The position numbers and the translations under genes are program-made. This document shows, piece by piece, positions 36,485 through 45,142 of a DNA stretch of 64,000 nt; positions within the stretch are counted from its first letter, which is position 1; each line of letters starts with the position of its first letter. The notes under the pieces were generated by a model. It did not search any database. It saw only the letters and a list, made by a program, of their open reading frames with translations, and had not been told where the DNA came from. This stretch comes from an uncultured Mycoplasmatota bacterium (lineage in GTDB: Bacteria > Bacillota_I > Bacilli_A > RF39 > UBA660): the NCBI GenBank assembly GCA_900554315.1, contig USGP01000001.1, positions 36,902-100,901 of the forward strand, in the 5' to 3' direction.

Positions 36485-37729
36485 ATGAAAAAGAAGATAA
36501 TATATATATTGTTTTTAATAACCATTTTTTGCCTACCATTTTTAGTAACAAATGCAGAAACTAAGAATGGATGGGTAAAAGAAAACGGTAATACATATTA
36601 TTATGAAGAAGGAGTTAAAGTAACTAGATTTAAAGAAATTGATGGAGATCTATATTTCTTTAGTGGAATAGATGGAACGTTAACACCGGGCTGGAAATAT
36701 GCTTATAGCCAAGCATGGTATCAAGATAAAGAAGGAAAAGTATTAAAAGGTTTACAAGAAATTGATGGAAAAAAATACTTTTTTAATGAGGAAACAGGAT
36801 ATCGAGAAAGTGGATTTAAAGAAATTGATGGAGATTTATATTTCTTTAGTGGAATAGATGGAGCGTTAACACCGGGCTGGAAATATGCTTATGGTAAGAT
36901 ATGGTATCAAGATGGAAGTGGTATAGTTATACATGGAAACCAAACAATAGAAGGTAGAAATTATGTGTTTGGTGATGATGGGTTCTTAGATGGATTTAAA
37001 AATGTCGGAAATACATTTGTTTATTATAATCCAGACGGAACAATGGCAAAAGGAATTCAAAGAATGGCAGGAAGATATTATCAATTTAATGAATATACTG
37101 GAGCTTTTGAAAAATATGTAAACCAAAGAATTGTAATTGATGTATCTGCTCATCAATATGATATTGATTGGGAAGCTGTTAAAAATAGTGGAATGGTAGA
37201 TGCCGTTATATTACGAGCTGGATATGGTGTCAGTTGGACAGATACTTATTTCCAACGTAATGTACAAGAATTAAATAGATTAGGAATTCCATATTCTGTA
37301 TATTTATTTAGTTATGCAGAGAATGCTAATGAAGCAAGTATGGAAGCAGACAATTTAATTAACATTATTAAAAATAATGGAGCTCAAATAGCTTCAAATA
37401 TCTTCTCAATTTACTATGACTTAGAAGATTGGACAATTTCCTCTACTGGAGAAAGCGATGATGAAATTAGTCCACAAACATATCAAGAAATGTTTAATAG
37501 TTTTTCAAGTAAAGTAGAAGCTGCTATTGGAGCAGACGTTAAAATTTATGCTTCTAAAAAATTTATTGAAGATAGATTTCCGACTTCACTAAGGCCAGAA
37601 GTAGGATGGGTTGCTCAATGGGGACCACAACTTACTTATGAAGGCACATATGAAGGCTGGCAATATACAAGTAGTGGCAGTGTTCCAGGAATCAACGGAC
37701 GAGTAGACATGAGTATATTTTATTATTAA
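36485..37729 (+). CDS. secreted GH25 muramidase (lysozyme) with N-terminal cell-wall-binding (CW_binding_1/choline-binding-type) repeats
   Basis: Signal peptide. Repeats GWVKENGNTYYYEEG, IDGDLYFFSG..., IDGKKYFFNEETG. GH25 motifs VIDVSAHQYDIDWEAVKNSGMVDAVILRAGYG and YYDLEDW. Confidence 0.85.
   Translation: MKKKIIYILFLITIFCLPFLVTNAETKNGWVKENGNTYYYEEGVKVTRFKEIDGDLYFFSGIDGTLTPGWKYAYSQAWYQDKEGKVLKGLQEIDGKKYFFNEETGYRESGFKEIDGDLYFFSGIDGALTPGWKYAYGKIWYQDGSGIVIHGNQTIEGRNYVFGDDGFLDGFKNVGNTFVYYNPDGTMAKGIQRMAGRYYQFNEYTGAFEKYVNQRIVIDVSAHQYDIDWEAVKNSGMVDAVILRAGYGVSWTDTYFQRNVQELNRLGIPYSVYLFSYAENANEASMEADNLINIIKNNGAQIASNIFSIYYDLEDWTISSTGESDDEISPQTYQEMFNSFSSKVEAAIGADVKIYASKKFIEDRFPTSLRPEVGWVAQWGPQLTYEGTYEGWQYTSSGSVPGINGRVDMSIFYY
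36627..36892 (+). repeat. near-identical 80-nt direct repeat (two copies, 186 nt apart) within the cell-wall-binding repeat region
   Basis: 36627-36706 versus 36813-36892 differ at 2 positions. Each encodes FKEIDGDLYFFSGIDG(T/A)LTPGWKYAY. Confidence 0.85.
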
Positions 37730-37737
37730 AAAAAAAG

Positions 37738-37765
37738 AACTTCTCAAAAGTGAGAAGCCTTTTTA
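37738..37765. terminator. bidirectional intrinsic terminator
   Basis: CTTCTCA-AAAG-TGAGAAG hairpin flanked by an A-run (37728-37736) and CCTTTTTATTT, between convergent genes. Confidence 0.7.
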
Positions 37766-39361
37766 TTTACATTTTCCTAAGTTTATACAAGAGTCATAGT
37801 AAGTGGATTTTTTCTGTAATTCCTGATCAATATAATCATTACCATATTTTTCACTTAATGTTTGTTTATTACTAAATAAATTAGTACCAAGACCTAATCG
37901 ATTACCTTCTATTTTTACTCCTAAAGAAGCAAGCGTAGTAGGGTAATAATCAAAAGTAGTAAAATCTCTATTTTTATTATTATCTGTATCAACAGCAGAA
38001 TTTAAATAAACATTATAAACTCGACGTTCATATCCGCCTGGTAAGTTATCAAATGAAGTAGTATTCATACTAAGATGATCACCAGCTAAAATAACAGTCG
38101 TATTATCATAAAAATCTTGATCTTGAATCCATTCAATAAATTCACCAAGTTGCATATCAGAACAGTAAATAGCATTTAAATAAGGATTGCTTGAATAATT
38201 AGGACAGAAATCACTTTCATATCCCTCTGGCATATGAGTATCAACAGTAAGCATGGTAAAATTAAATGGTTCATCACCATCAGCCACGTTTTCGAGCTCT
38301 TGTTTTGCATATTCATATAAATATTCGTCTTCATATCCCCAGAAAACATAATAATCATCAGGGATAATTCCATCTTCTCTAGCAGTATACAAATCAAATA
38401 CTTGATAATCACCGTGACCTTCATAATACGTTCTTCTACCACCAAAAGACAAATCAGATCCAACCATGATAGATTGATGATATCCTTCATCTGCCAATAT
38501 GTCACCAATAGTCGTAGCACCATTTACAAGACCATTTTCATAATTTGCTTCTTGATTGGCATCAGCAGCAATAAAAGGAGTTTTTATTGGAATACCAGCA
38601 GTAGCAGCAACCATTCCTCCCATAGTCCAAGTAGCACCAAAAGGCATATGAGCTCCACCAACGTTATCTGTATTAGAAAAGTTAATATTATCTTCTGCTA
38701 ACTCTGTAAGATTAGGAATATAATTATAAGGATATCCACCACCATGTCTATAATCAGTATAAGTAGACTCCATAGACTCTAAATAAATATAAATCAGATT
38801 TCTCTTTTTCTTAGGGAATTCCAACTTTACATCCTTAGGATTCACATATTCTTTTTCAAAAAAATTAGAAGTTTTAGTATTTGCTTCAATATAGTCCTCA
38901 ATATATAATTTATCCATAGCATAAACAATAGAATCAGATAAATTAAATAAAGGAATACAAAAAGCAATTAAAAATATGATAACTGCAATATTAAACTTAA
39001 TATTGAAAGTCTTCTTAAATAAACGAATTTGTAATTGAATTTTACTATTTCTAAATAACACTTTATAAATAATATAAATAACAATAAAAATACCTAATGC
39101 AATCAAAGTTGTTTGTAGTGGAGGATAAATGTTAGACTGAAAAAAGTCTTCTAAAATATCCTTACTAGCAGTAGTAACAGAAGTACCTAAGGTATATAAA
39201 ATTTCATCAAATGATGTAAAACTATAATTTTCAACAGCCCAATCAGTACCTAGACGTAAAGCCATAGATAAAAAGATAGCTAAGAAAAATAGTATAACAA
39301 AAAGAAGACTAATGCTTCCTTTTATAATTTTCGCTAAAATTTTTAGTATCTTTTTTAGCAT
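37763..39361 (-). CDS. LTA synthase/phosphoglycerol-transferase family protein (sulfatase-type domain), possibly the 3' part of a frameshifted gene
   Basis: 532 aa. Three TMs, then LIYIYLESMES, GATWTMGGMVAATAG, VDTHMP and VILAGDHLSM sulfatase-fold motifs. Confidence 0.8.
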   Translation of the reverse strand: MLKKILKILAKIIKGSISLLFVILFFLAIFLSMALRLGTDWAVENYSFTSFDEILYTLGTSVTTASKDILEDFFQSNIYPPLQTTLIALGIFIVIYIIYKVLFRNSKIQLQIRLFKKTFNIKFNIAVIIFLIAFCIPLFNLSDSIVYAMDKLYIEDYIEANTKTSNFFEKEYVNPKDVKLEFPKKKRNLIYIYLESMESTYTDYRHGGGYPYNYIPNLTELAEDNINFSNTDNVGGAHMPFGATWTMGGMVAATAGIPIKTPFIAADANQEANYENGLVNGATTIGDILADEGYHQSIMVGSDLSFGGRRTYYEGHGDYQVFDLYTAREDGIIPDDYYVFWGYEDEYLYEYAKQELENVADGDEPFNFTMLTVDTHMPEGYESDFCPNYSSNPYLNAIYCSDMQLGEFIEWIQDQDFYDNTTVILAGDHLSMNTTSFDNLPGGYERRVYNVYLNSAVDTDNNKNRDFTTFDYYPTTLASLGVKIEGNRLGLGTNLFSNKQTLSEKYGNDYIDQELQKKSTYYDSCINLGKCK

Positions 39362-39680
39362 TTTTATTACGTTCCTTTACTAAAATATTAATCTGTACTA
39401 CTTTAGAAATAATATAAACCAAACATGGCAATGCAATGGCAATAATTAAACTCAACCATGTATACTCCATAGTAAATTGAAATGTAAAAATAGAAGTATC
39501 ATACCAAGGAGTATTAGATGTACTAGTAAAATGAACAATTACATTCATAATAGCAGCAATCATAAAAGTATAACTTAAATATGGTATTACTAATTCACTA
39601 AGAGTTCTTTTTTCTTTTCTTAATTTTTCACTTACCAAAATAGAAAAACTAGCGGGTAAGAACAAACATAAATATAACAT
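39309..39680 (-). CDS. small polytopic membrane protein; overlaps the LTA-synthase-family ORF by 53 nt (possible N-terminal part of the same gene)
   Basis: 123 aa, about 3 TMs. Ends in a Lys-rich stretch encoded by A-runs, in a different frame from the downstream ORF. Confidence 0.5.
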   Translation of the reverse strand: MLYLCLFLPASFSILVSEKLRKEKRTLSELVIPYLSYTFMIAAIMNVIVHFTSTSNTPWYDTSIFTFQFTMEYTWLSLIIAIALPCLVYIISKVVQINILVKERNKNAKKDTKNFSENYKRKH

Positions 39681-39857
39681 ACTACACCTTCCTTATTTAA
39701 TGCCTTATACATAATAAATAAAAGCACTAAAATTATATCAAATATAGCATAAAAAATCAATGAAAACTGTATGAAATTAATAATATATCAGAAAATATAA
39801 TAAAATGTACTAATATAAAAGATTATGTTATAATATACCTATCAAGGAGCGAATGCT

Positions 39858-40778
39858 ATGAAAAAATGTATCATTATAATGAATCCGGAAAGTGGAAAAG
39901 TAAAAAGTTTATCTAGTAAAAAAGAGTTTTATGATGTATTAAGAAAACATGGTTATGATGCAGAAATTAGATATACAACAGGTCCTAAAGATGCTATTAG
40001 AATTGTAGAAGAATTAGAAGATGATGTAGACTTAGTAATTAGTGCTGGCGGAGATGGAACCTTAAATGAAGTAGTAACAGGAGATATTCATAGAGATAAA
40101 AGACTAGTATTAGCTAATCTTCCAATGGGAACAACAAATGATGTTGCGAATATGTATGGATATACAAAAGATTATAAAAAGAACTTAGAATTATTATTGA
40201 ACGGAGTTAGAAAAAAAGTAGATGTTTGTTATATTGATGAAACTCCATTTGTCTATGTAGCATGTTTAGGAGATTATATTGATATGGCATATAATACACC
40301 GAGAGACTTAAAGAAAAAATACGGAAAAATTGCCTATATATTATATGGACTAAGACAATTAAGAAATAGTATTCATCGTTATCATGTAAAATATTCTGTC
40401 GATGGAGTAGAACATGAAGGGGAGTATTCCTTCTTCTTTATTACCAACTCTTCTCGTGTAGCAGGGGTAGACGATATTTATTATGATGTAAAAATGGATG
40501 ATAATATGTTTGAAGTAGCTTTAGCCAATCCCAAAACCAAACCCGATATTTTAAGAATGTTAGTTCAAGTAACGATGAAAGATGTAAAAGAAGTACCAGG
40601 TATTACATATTACCAAACAAGTGATTTTGAAATAGAATTTTTAGATAAACCAAAAACATCTTGGTGTATTGATGGAGAAGAATACCAATCATCTGGACCA
40701 AAATTTACATTTAAAGTAGATCAAAAAGTAAAAATGTTAATTCCTAAAACAAATGCCAAAAAACTTTTTGATGAGTAG
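39858..40778 (+). CDS. dagK: diacylglycerol/lipid kinase (DagK/YegS family)
   Basis: CIIIMNPESGK, ISAGGDGTLNEVV and PMGTTNDVA motifs. 306 aa. SD AAGGAG. Confidence 0.85.
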   Translation: MKKCIIIMNPESGKVKSLSSKKEFYDVLRKHGYDAEIRYTTGPKDAIRIVEELEDDVDLVISAGGDGTLNEVVTGDIHRDKRLVLANLPMGTTNDVANMYGYTKDYKKNLELLLNGVRKKVDVCYIDETPFVYVACLGDYIDMAYNTPRDLKKKYGKIAYILYGLRQLRNSIHRYHVKYSVDGVEHEGEYSFFFITNSSRVAGVDDIYYDVKMDDNMFEVALANPKTKPDILRMLVQVTMKDVKEVPGITYYQTSDFEIEFLDKPKTSWCIDGEEYQSSGPKFTFKVDQKVKMLIPKTNAKKLFDE

Positions 40779-40786
40779 GAGTACAA

Positions 40787-41605
40787 ATGAAGAAAAAAGA
40801 AGAAAAAAGAAAAGATCCAAAAAGAAAAGAAAAAAGACAATTAAAAATTAATATAATTGTATATTTAGTATTAAGATTTTTTGTCATTGTCTGTATGGTA
40901 GAGCAAGCATTAAAAGGAAACTGGCATAGTGTTGCTCTATGTTTTTTGACATTAATTTTATTTACATTACCAACAGTTGCTTCTAGAACTTTTAAAGTAA
41001 AATTGCCAGCAACTTTAGAAATTATTGTATACTTATTTATTTTCGCAGCTGAAATTTTAGGAGAAATTCAAAACTTTTACGGAATATTTAAACACTGGGA
41101 TACCATGCTCCATACATTGAATGGCTTTCTTTCTGCAGCAATTGGTTTTTCATTAATTGATATTTTAAACAGAACAGAACGCTTTCACATTACCTTATCT
41201 CCAGCCTTTGTAGCCCTAGTTGCTTTTTGTTTTTCTATGACGATAGGAGTATTATGGGAGTTTTGTGAATTTACAGCAGATCGTTATTTTAATTTAGATA
41301 TGCAAAAAGATAGAATTGTCGAAAAAATATCATCGGTTCAATTAAACGAAGAAAATAAAAATGATCCAGTTATCATTGATAATATAGATAAAACAGAAAT
41401 ATATAGTGATAATAATCAAAAAATGACTACAATTGAAGGTGGATATTTAGATATTGGAATTATTGATACAATGAAAGATTTAATAGTTAATTTCATTGGA
41501 GCAATTGTATTTTCTATATTAGGATTTTTATATATCAAAGACCGTGATGAATATAAATTTATTGAACGTTTTTTACCATCTTTAAAAAAATTTCAAGAAG
41601 AATAA
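40787..41605 (+). CDS. hypothetical polytopic membrane protein
   Basis: 272 aa. Basic N-terminus, about 5 TMs, conserved-looking HWDTMLHTLNGFLSAAIGF. Family not recognised. Confidence 0.6.
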   Translation: MKKKEEKRKDPKRKEKRQLKINIIVYLVLRFFVIVCMVEQALKGNWHSVALCFLTLILFTLPTVASRTFKVKLPATLEIIVYLFIFAAEILGEIQNFYGIFKHWDTMLHTLNGFLSAAIGFSLIDILNRTERFHITLSPAFVALVAFCFSMTIGVLWEFCEFTADRYFNLDMQKDRIVEKISSVQLNEENKNDPVIIDNIDKTEIYSDNNQKMTTIEGGYLDIGIIDTMKDLIVNFIGAIVFSILGFLYIKDRDEYKFIERFLPSLKKFQEE

Positions 41606-41624
41606 CCGAAAGGTTATTTTTTTT
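41602..41624 (+). terminator. intrinsic terminator
   Basis: ATAACC-GAAA-GGTTAT hairpin overlapping the stop codon, followed by T8. Confidence 0.75.
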
Positions 41625-41671
41625 AAGGAAAACTCCTGCTTTTATCGAATGATATAGTAGGAGGTGAGAGT

Positions 41672-42502
41672 ATTCAAAAGTTTTATACATGTCGTTATGA
41701 CAGAGCTTTTAAAGAAGTCTTTATGAATGAAAATAATAAAGACTTATTGATTTATTTATTAGAAGGAATATTAAAGGTAAAAATATCGCAGGTAGAATAT
41801 CTAAATTTAGAACAAAATGTAGGTAATGTTTATGTCAAAAGAAAACACTTTGATTTGTTCTTAAAAACAGATATTGGAAATATTCAAGTAGAAGTAAATG
41901 CATCTAACTTAAATTATGTAAAGCCAAGAAACATGTCTTATTTGTGTGCTATTTATTCTCATCATGTATTAAAAGGACAAAACTATGATCAAGAAACGAA
42001 AATAATACAGATTAATTTTAGTTATGGCTTAAAAGATAGTGAAGATATGAGAATATATTATGTACAAGATAAGAGTCAGAAGAAGTATGTGGAAAACTTT
42101 ACCATTTATGAAATCAATATGGAAAAATATATAAACTACTGGTATACTAAAGACAAAGAAAAGATAGAAGAAAATAAAGAAATCATAATGTTAGATTTAG
42201 AGCCAGAAGAATTAAAACTTCTATCCCAAAAAGATAGGATGGTGAAAAAATACATGAGTGAAATAGAAAAGATAAATAGCGATCCAGATTTTTTCGAATA
42301 CATGAGTGCCGAAGAAGATAATAGAAAGATAGAAAATTCTATTCGAAAAGAGATGACAGAAAAAGGATTAAAAGAAGGTAAAGAGCAAAGTCAAAAAGAA
42401 ATTATAATAACTATGTTTAAGCAAGGCTTAGATATAGAAACAATACAAAAATATACCAATATAAATCGTGATTTTATTTTAAATTGTATCAATAAAAAAT
42501 AA
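41672..42502 (+). CDS. Rpn-family recombination-promoting nuclease / PD-(D/E)XK putative transposase (start probably non-canonical ATT 41672; first ATG at 41723)
   Basis: The frame is open from 41660. AGGAGGTG at 41659-41666 sits 5 nt before ATT 41672. The upstream residues IQKFYTCRYDRAFKEVF match the conserved N-terminal YD.xFK.xF motif of this family. The C-terminal KEGKEQSQKEIIITMFKQGLDIETIQKYT is typical. Confidence 0.65.
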   Translation: MQKFYTCRYDRAFKEVFMNENNKDLLIYLLEGILKVKISQVEYLNLEQNVGNVYVKRKHFDLFLKTDIGNIQVEVNASNLNYVKPRNMSYLCAIYSHHVLKGQNYDQETKIIQINFSYGLKDSEDMRIYYVQDKSQKKYVENFTIYEINMEKYINYWYTKDKEKIEENKEIIMLDLEPEELKLLSQKDRMVKKYMSEIEKINSDPDFFEYMSAEEDNRKIENSIRKEMTEKGLKEGKEQSQKEIIITMFKQGLDIETIQKYTNINRDFILNCINKK

Positions 42503-42526
42503 AGCAAATGATGCTTTATTTTTTTT
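42501..42526 (+). terminator. intrinsic terminator
   Basis: AAAGCA-AATGA-TGCTTT hairpin followed by T8. Confidence 0.7.
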
Positions 42527-42618
42527 GTAAAGAATGTCGATGAAAACTTTTGACATCATTTGTCGAATCACTAGAAAGTATCTATAAAAAGTCTTATATT
42601 GATACCAGAGGTGATATC

Positions 42619-42954
42619 ATGCTAGATATTGATCAACAAATTACAAGAGGAATAACATTTATTAGATTGGAGGGAGAACTGACTACCACAAATTATTATC
42701 GATTTGCTGAAGAAGTTAATTATCTACTATATAGTCAAGGAATGTTGGCATATGTGTTTAACTTAGAAAATATAAAAAAGTTAGATAATAACTTACTAGG
42801 CAGTTTACAAAATAAATTGACAGAAATTTTTTTAAAATGTGGAACTGTAGCGTTTTGTGGTCTATCAGAAAAAGTAAAAAAGAAAATAGGGAAAAGAGAT
42901 GCACTTTATTTTATAAAAGAGGAAAGAGAAGTATTTCAATATATCAATATATAA
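42619..42954 (+). CDS. spoIIAA: STAS-domain protein, SpoIIAA-like anti-anti-sigma factor lacking the phosphorylatable serine
   Basis: ATG 42619 follows GAGGTGA. 111 aa. IRLEGELTTTNYYRFAEEV...FNLENIKKLDNNLLGSL aligns by eye with SpoIIAA IRLTGELDHH...LNLEDLSFMDSSGLGVI. Sits directly upstream of the SigF-like gene. Confidence 0.55.
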   Translation: MLDIDQQITRGITFIRLEGELTTTNYYRFAEEVNYLLYSQGMLAYVFNLENIKKLDNNLLGSLQNKLTEIFLKCGTVAFCGLSEKVKKKIGKRDALYFIKEEREVFQYINI

Positions 42955-42964
42955 AGGAGAGAAC

Positions 42965-43600
42965 ATGGAAAACATATTGGAATATGAAGATTTAATTTAT
43001 AAAATGATTGGAAGATACCATCATTTTGATAAAGAAGATTTATACCAAGTAGCAATGATTGGCTTAATGAATGCGAAAAAAAACTATAATCCAGATGAAA
43101 ATACTAAGTTTTCAACTTATGCTTACTACTATATTTTAGGAGAAATTAATAATTATATATCCTCCTGTAACCCAGTGAAGATAGGCAAGGATTTACTTCG
43201 ACTGAATAGTAGTCTAAATAAAGCCAAAGAAATAATGCGACAAAGATTGGAAAGGGAACCAACAACAGAAGAACTGTCTATCTTTTTAGAAGTACCACAG
43301 GAAAAAATAGAAGAAGCAGAACTTGCTACTAGACAAGTAGAAAGTCTAGATTATGCTTATGAAGAAGAACAATCTACACTATATAATAGTTTTGGAGAAC
43401 AAGATCAAAATATGACAGAAGAGGTATTAGACTTACGACAAGCTATTTCTTCACTACCACCTGAAGAACAACAACTTATTATTGCTAGATACTATGAAGG
43501 ACTAACACAGCAAGAAACTAGTAGGACATTAGGTATGAGCCAAGTACAAGTATCAAGAAAAGAAACAAAAATATTACAAAAATTAAAGACAACACTATAG
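42965..43600 (+). CDS. sigF: sporulation-type sigma-70 family sigma factor (SigF/SigG/SigB group), short form
   Basis: 211 aa. DLYQVAMIGLMNAKKNYNPDENTKFSTYAYYYILGEI (region 2) and LGMSQVQVSRKETKILQKLK (region 4.2), as in SigF. The gene order (STAS protein, sigma factor, spoVA) matches spoIIA-spoVA of B. subtilis. Confidence 0.7.
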   Translation: MENILEYEDLIYKMIGRYHHFDKEDLYQVAMIGLMNAKKNYNPDENTKFSTYAYYYILGEINNYISSCNPVKIGKDLLRLNSSLNKAKEIMRQRLEREPTTEELSIFLEVPQEKIEEAELATRQVESLDYAYEEEQSTLYNSFGEQDQNMTEEVLDLRQAISSLPPEEQQLIIARYYEGLTQQETSRTLGMSQVQVSRKETKILQKLKTTL

Positions 43601-43614
43601 TTGTCTATTTTTAT
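43587..43614 (+). terminator. intrinsic terminator
   Basis: AGACAAC-ACTATA-GTTGTCT hairpin spanning the stop codon, followed by ATTTTTATT. Confidence 0.6.
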
Positions 43615-43697
43615 TATTTGAAATCTTCTATAAAGAAATGAGAATAAAATATAAAATACTTTTTAGTATGAAAAAATAAAATTAGGAAACAATAAGA

Positions 43698-44153
43698 ATG
43701 GTGATAATAATGAAAAACGGAAGATATGAACGAATTGCGAAAGACCATCAAGCCCCAACCAATAAATTACAAAATGCTTGTATTGCTTTTATTATAGGTG
43801 GAATAATTGGATTAATTGGAGAAGGAATCATAGAGCTATTGTGCCAGTATATTCATATATCAAGAAATAATGCAGGAACTATTATGATAGTAATCATGAT
43901 ATTTATTTCCTCTCTTTCTACTGCTTTAGGATTTTTTGATAAATTAGTAACAAAATTTAAATGTGGTTTATTAATACCAATTACAGGATTTGCTCATTCC
44001 ATGACGAGTGCCGCCTTAGATTATAAAAAAGAAGGACCAATTTATGGAATAGGTGCTAATATTTTTAAACTAGCTGGTTCAGTAATCTTATATGGTATTA
44101 TTGCAGCATGGTTTTTTGGAATGATTCGATACTTGTTAGGAGGTAGAATATGA
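43698..44153 (+). CDS. spoVAC: stage V sporulation protein AC
   Basis: NACIAFIIGGIIGLIGEGI, PITGFAHSMTSAAL and GANIFKLAGSVILYGI motifs. Alternative start ATG 43710. Confidence 0.85.
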   Translation: MVIIMKNGRYERIAKDHQAPTNKLQNACIAFIIGGIIGLIGEGIIELLCQYIHISRNNAGTIMIVIMIFISSLSTALGFFDKLVTKFKCGLLIPITGFAHSMTSAALDYKKEGPIYGIGANIFKLAGSVILYGIIAAWFFGMIRYLLGGRI

Positions 44154-45142
44154 CTTTTACATACGATGATGTCTATGTTCAAGATACAGCAACTATAGCA
44201 GGGCCATATGAAAAAAAAGGACCATTAAAAAAGTATTTTGACAAAACTTTCAATGATTTATATTTTGATGAAGATTCTTGGGAAAAAGCAGAAATAAAAA
44301 CTGTCAAAGAAAGTTTAAAATTACTACATAAAAAAGTAGGCTTAAAGAGAAAAGAAGTAGATGTAATTTTAGGAGGAGATTTATTAAATCAAATAACAGC
44401 AACAACCTATGGTTCCTATAACTTTTCAAAATGTTTTTTAGGCTTATATGGAGCATGTTCTACATCTGTAGAAGCCATGATTTTAGGCAGTGTATTAATT
44501 GATTCACAAAAAGCAAAAAATGCCATTGTTACCGTTTCATCACATAACATGGCTGCTGAAAAACAATTTAGAAATCCTACAGAATATGGAGCACCAAAAC
44601 CTAAAAGTGCGACTTTTACTGCAACAGGAAGTGCCTCTTTATTGTTAACACATGAAAAGACAGATATAAAAGTAGAATCTTCTACCATAGGACGAATTAT
44701 AGACTTTTGTCAAAATGATCCTAATGACATGGGAAAAGTAATGGCTCCAGCAGCAATCGATACTATAAAAAGACATCTAAAAGATTTAAATAGAAAACCA
44801 GACTACTATGATTTGATTGTAACAGGAGATTTGGGACTATATGGAAAAGAAATTGTAAAAGACTATATGTTAGAAGAATATAATATTGACTTATCTAATA
44901 ACTACAATGACTGTGGGGTAATGTTATATGATTTAAAAGAACAAGAAGAGTGTCTAGCTGGAGGTAGTGGACCAGTATGTAGTGCACTAGTAGCATTTGG
45001 TTATATATTCCATGAAATGAAAAAGAAAAATCTAAAAAGAGTTCTAATTGTCGCAACTGGTGCCTTATTCTCTCCAACTATGGTCTATCAAAAAGAAAAT
45101 ATTTATTCTATTGCCAATGCAATTAGTTTGGAGGTAATCTAA
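44150..45142 (+). CDS. spoVAD: stage V sporulation protein AD (thiolase-like fold)
   Basis: 330 aa. IAGPYEKKGPLKKYFD, LGGDLLNQ, GLYGACST and SGPVCSA motifs. 4-nt overlap with spoVAC. Confidence 0.85.
   Translation: MTFTYDDVYVQDTATIAGPYEKKGPLKKYFDKTFNDLYFDEDSWEKAEIKTVKESLKLLHKKVGLKRKEVDVILGGDLLNQITATTYGSYNFSKCFLGLYGACSTSVEAMILGSVLIDSQKAKNAIVTVSSHNMAAEKQFRNPTEYGAPKPKSATFTATGSASLLLTHEKTDIKVESSTIGRIIDFCQNDPNDMGKVMAPAAIDTIKRHLKDLNRKPDYYDLIVTGDLGLYGKEIVKDYMLEEYNIDLSNNYNDCGVMLYDLKEQEECLAGGSGPVCSALVAFGYIFHEMKKKNLKRVLIVATGALFSPTMVYQKENIYSIANAISLEVI

Noticed and set aside
38176-38701. ORFs 38176-38523 (minus strand, alternate frame) and 38402-38701 (plus strand) inside the LtaS-family gene.
   Set aside because: They are embedded in a gene with clear sulfatase-fold motifs and have no SD or recognisable product.
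42527-42618. Search for a sigma-H-type promoter upstream of the spoIIAA-like gene, plus the longer ORF start at 42550 (TTG).
   Set aside because: Only a CGAAT-like -10 element is visible, with no convincing AGGA-type -35 at the right distance. ATG 42619 has a good SD (GAGGTGA), and the extra 23 residues are not STAS-like.
43615-43697. Sigma-G/sigma-F promoter upstream of spoVAC.
   Set aside because: A GAATA element is present, but no CATxxTA-type -10 lies at 17-18 nt. A call cannot be supported by eye.
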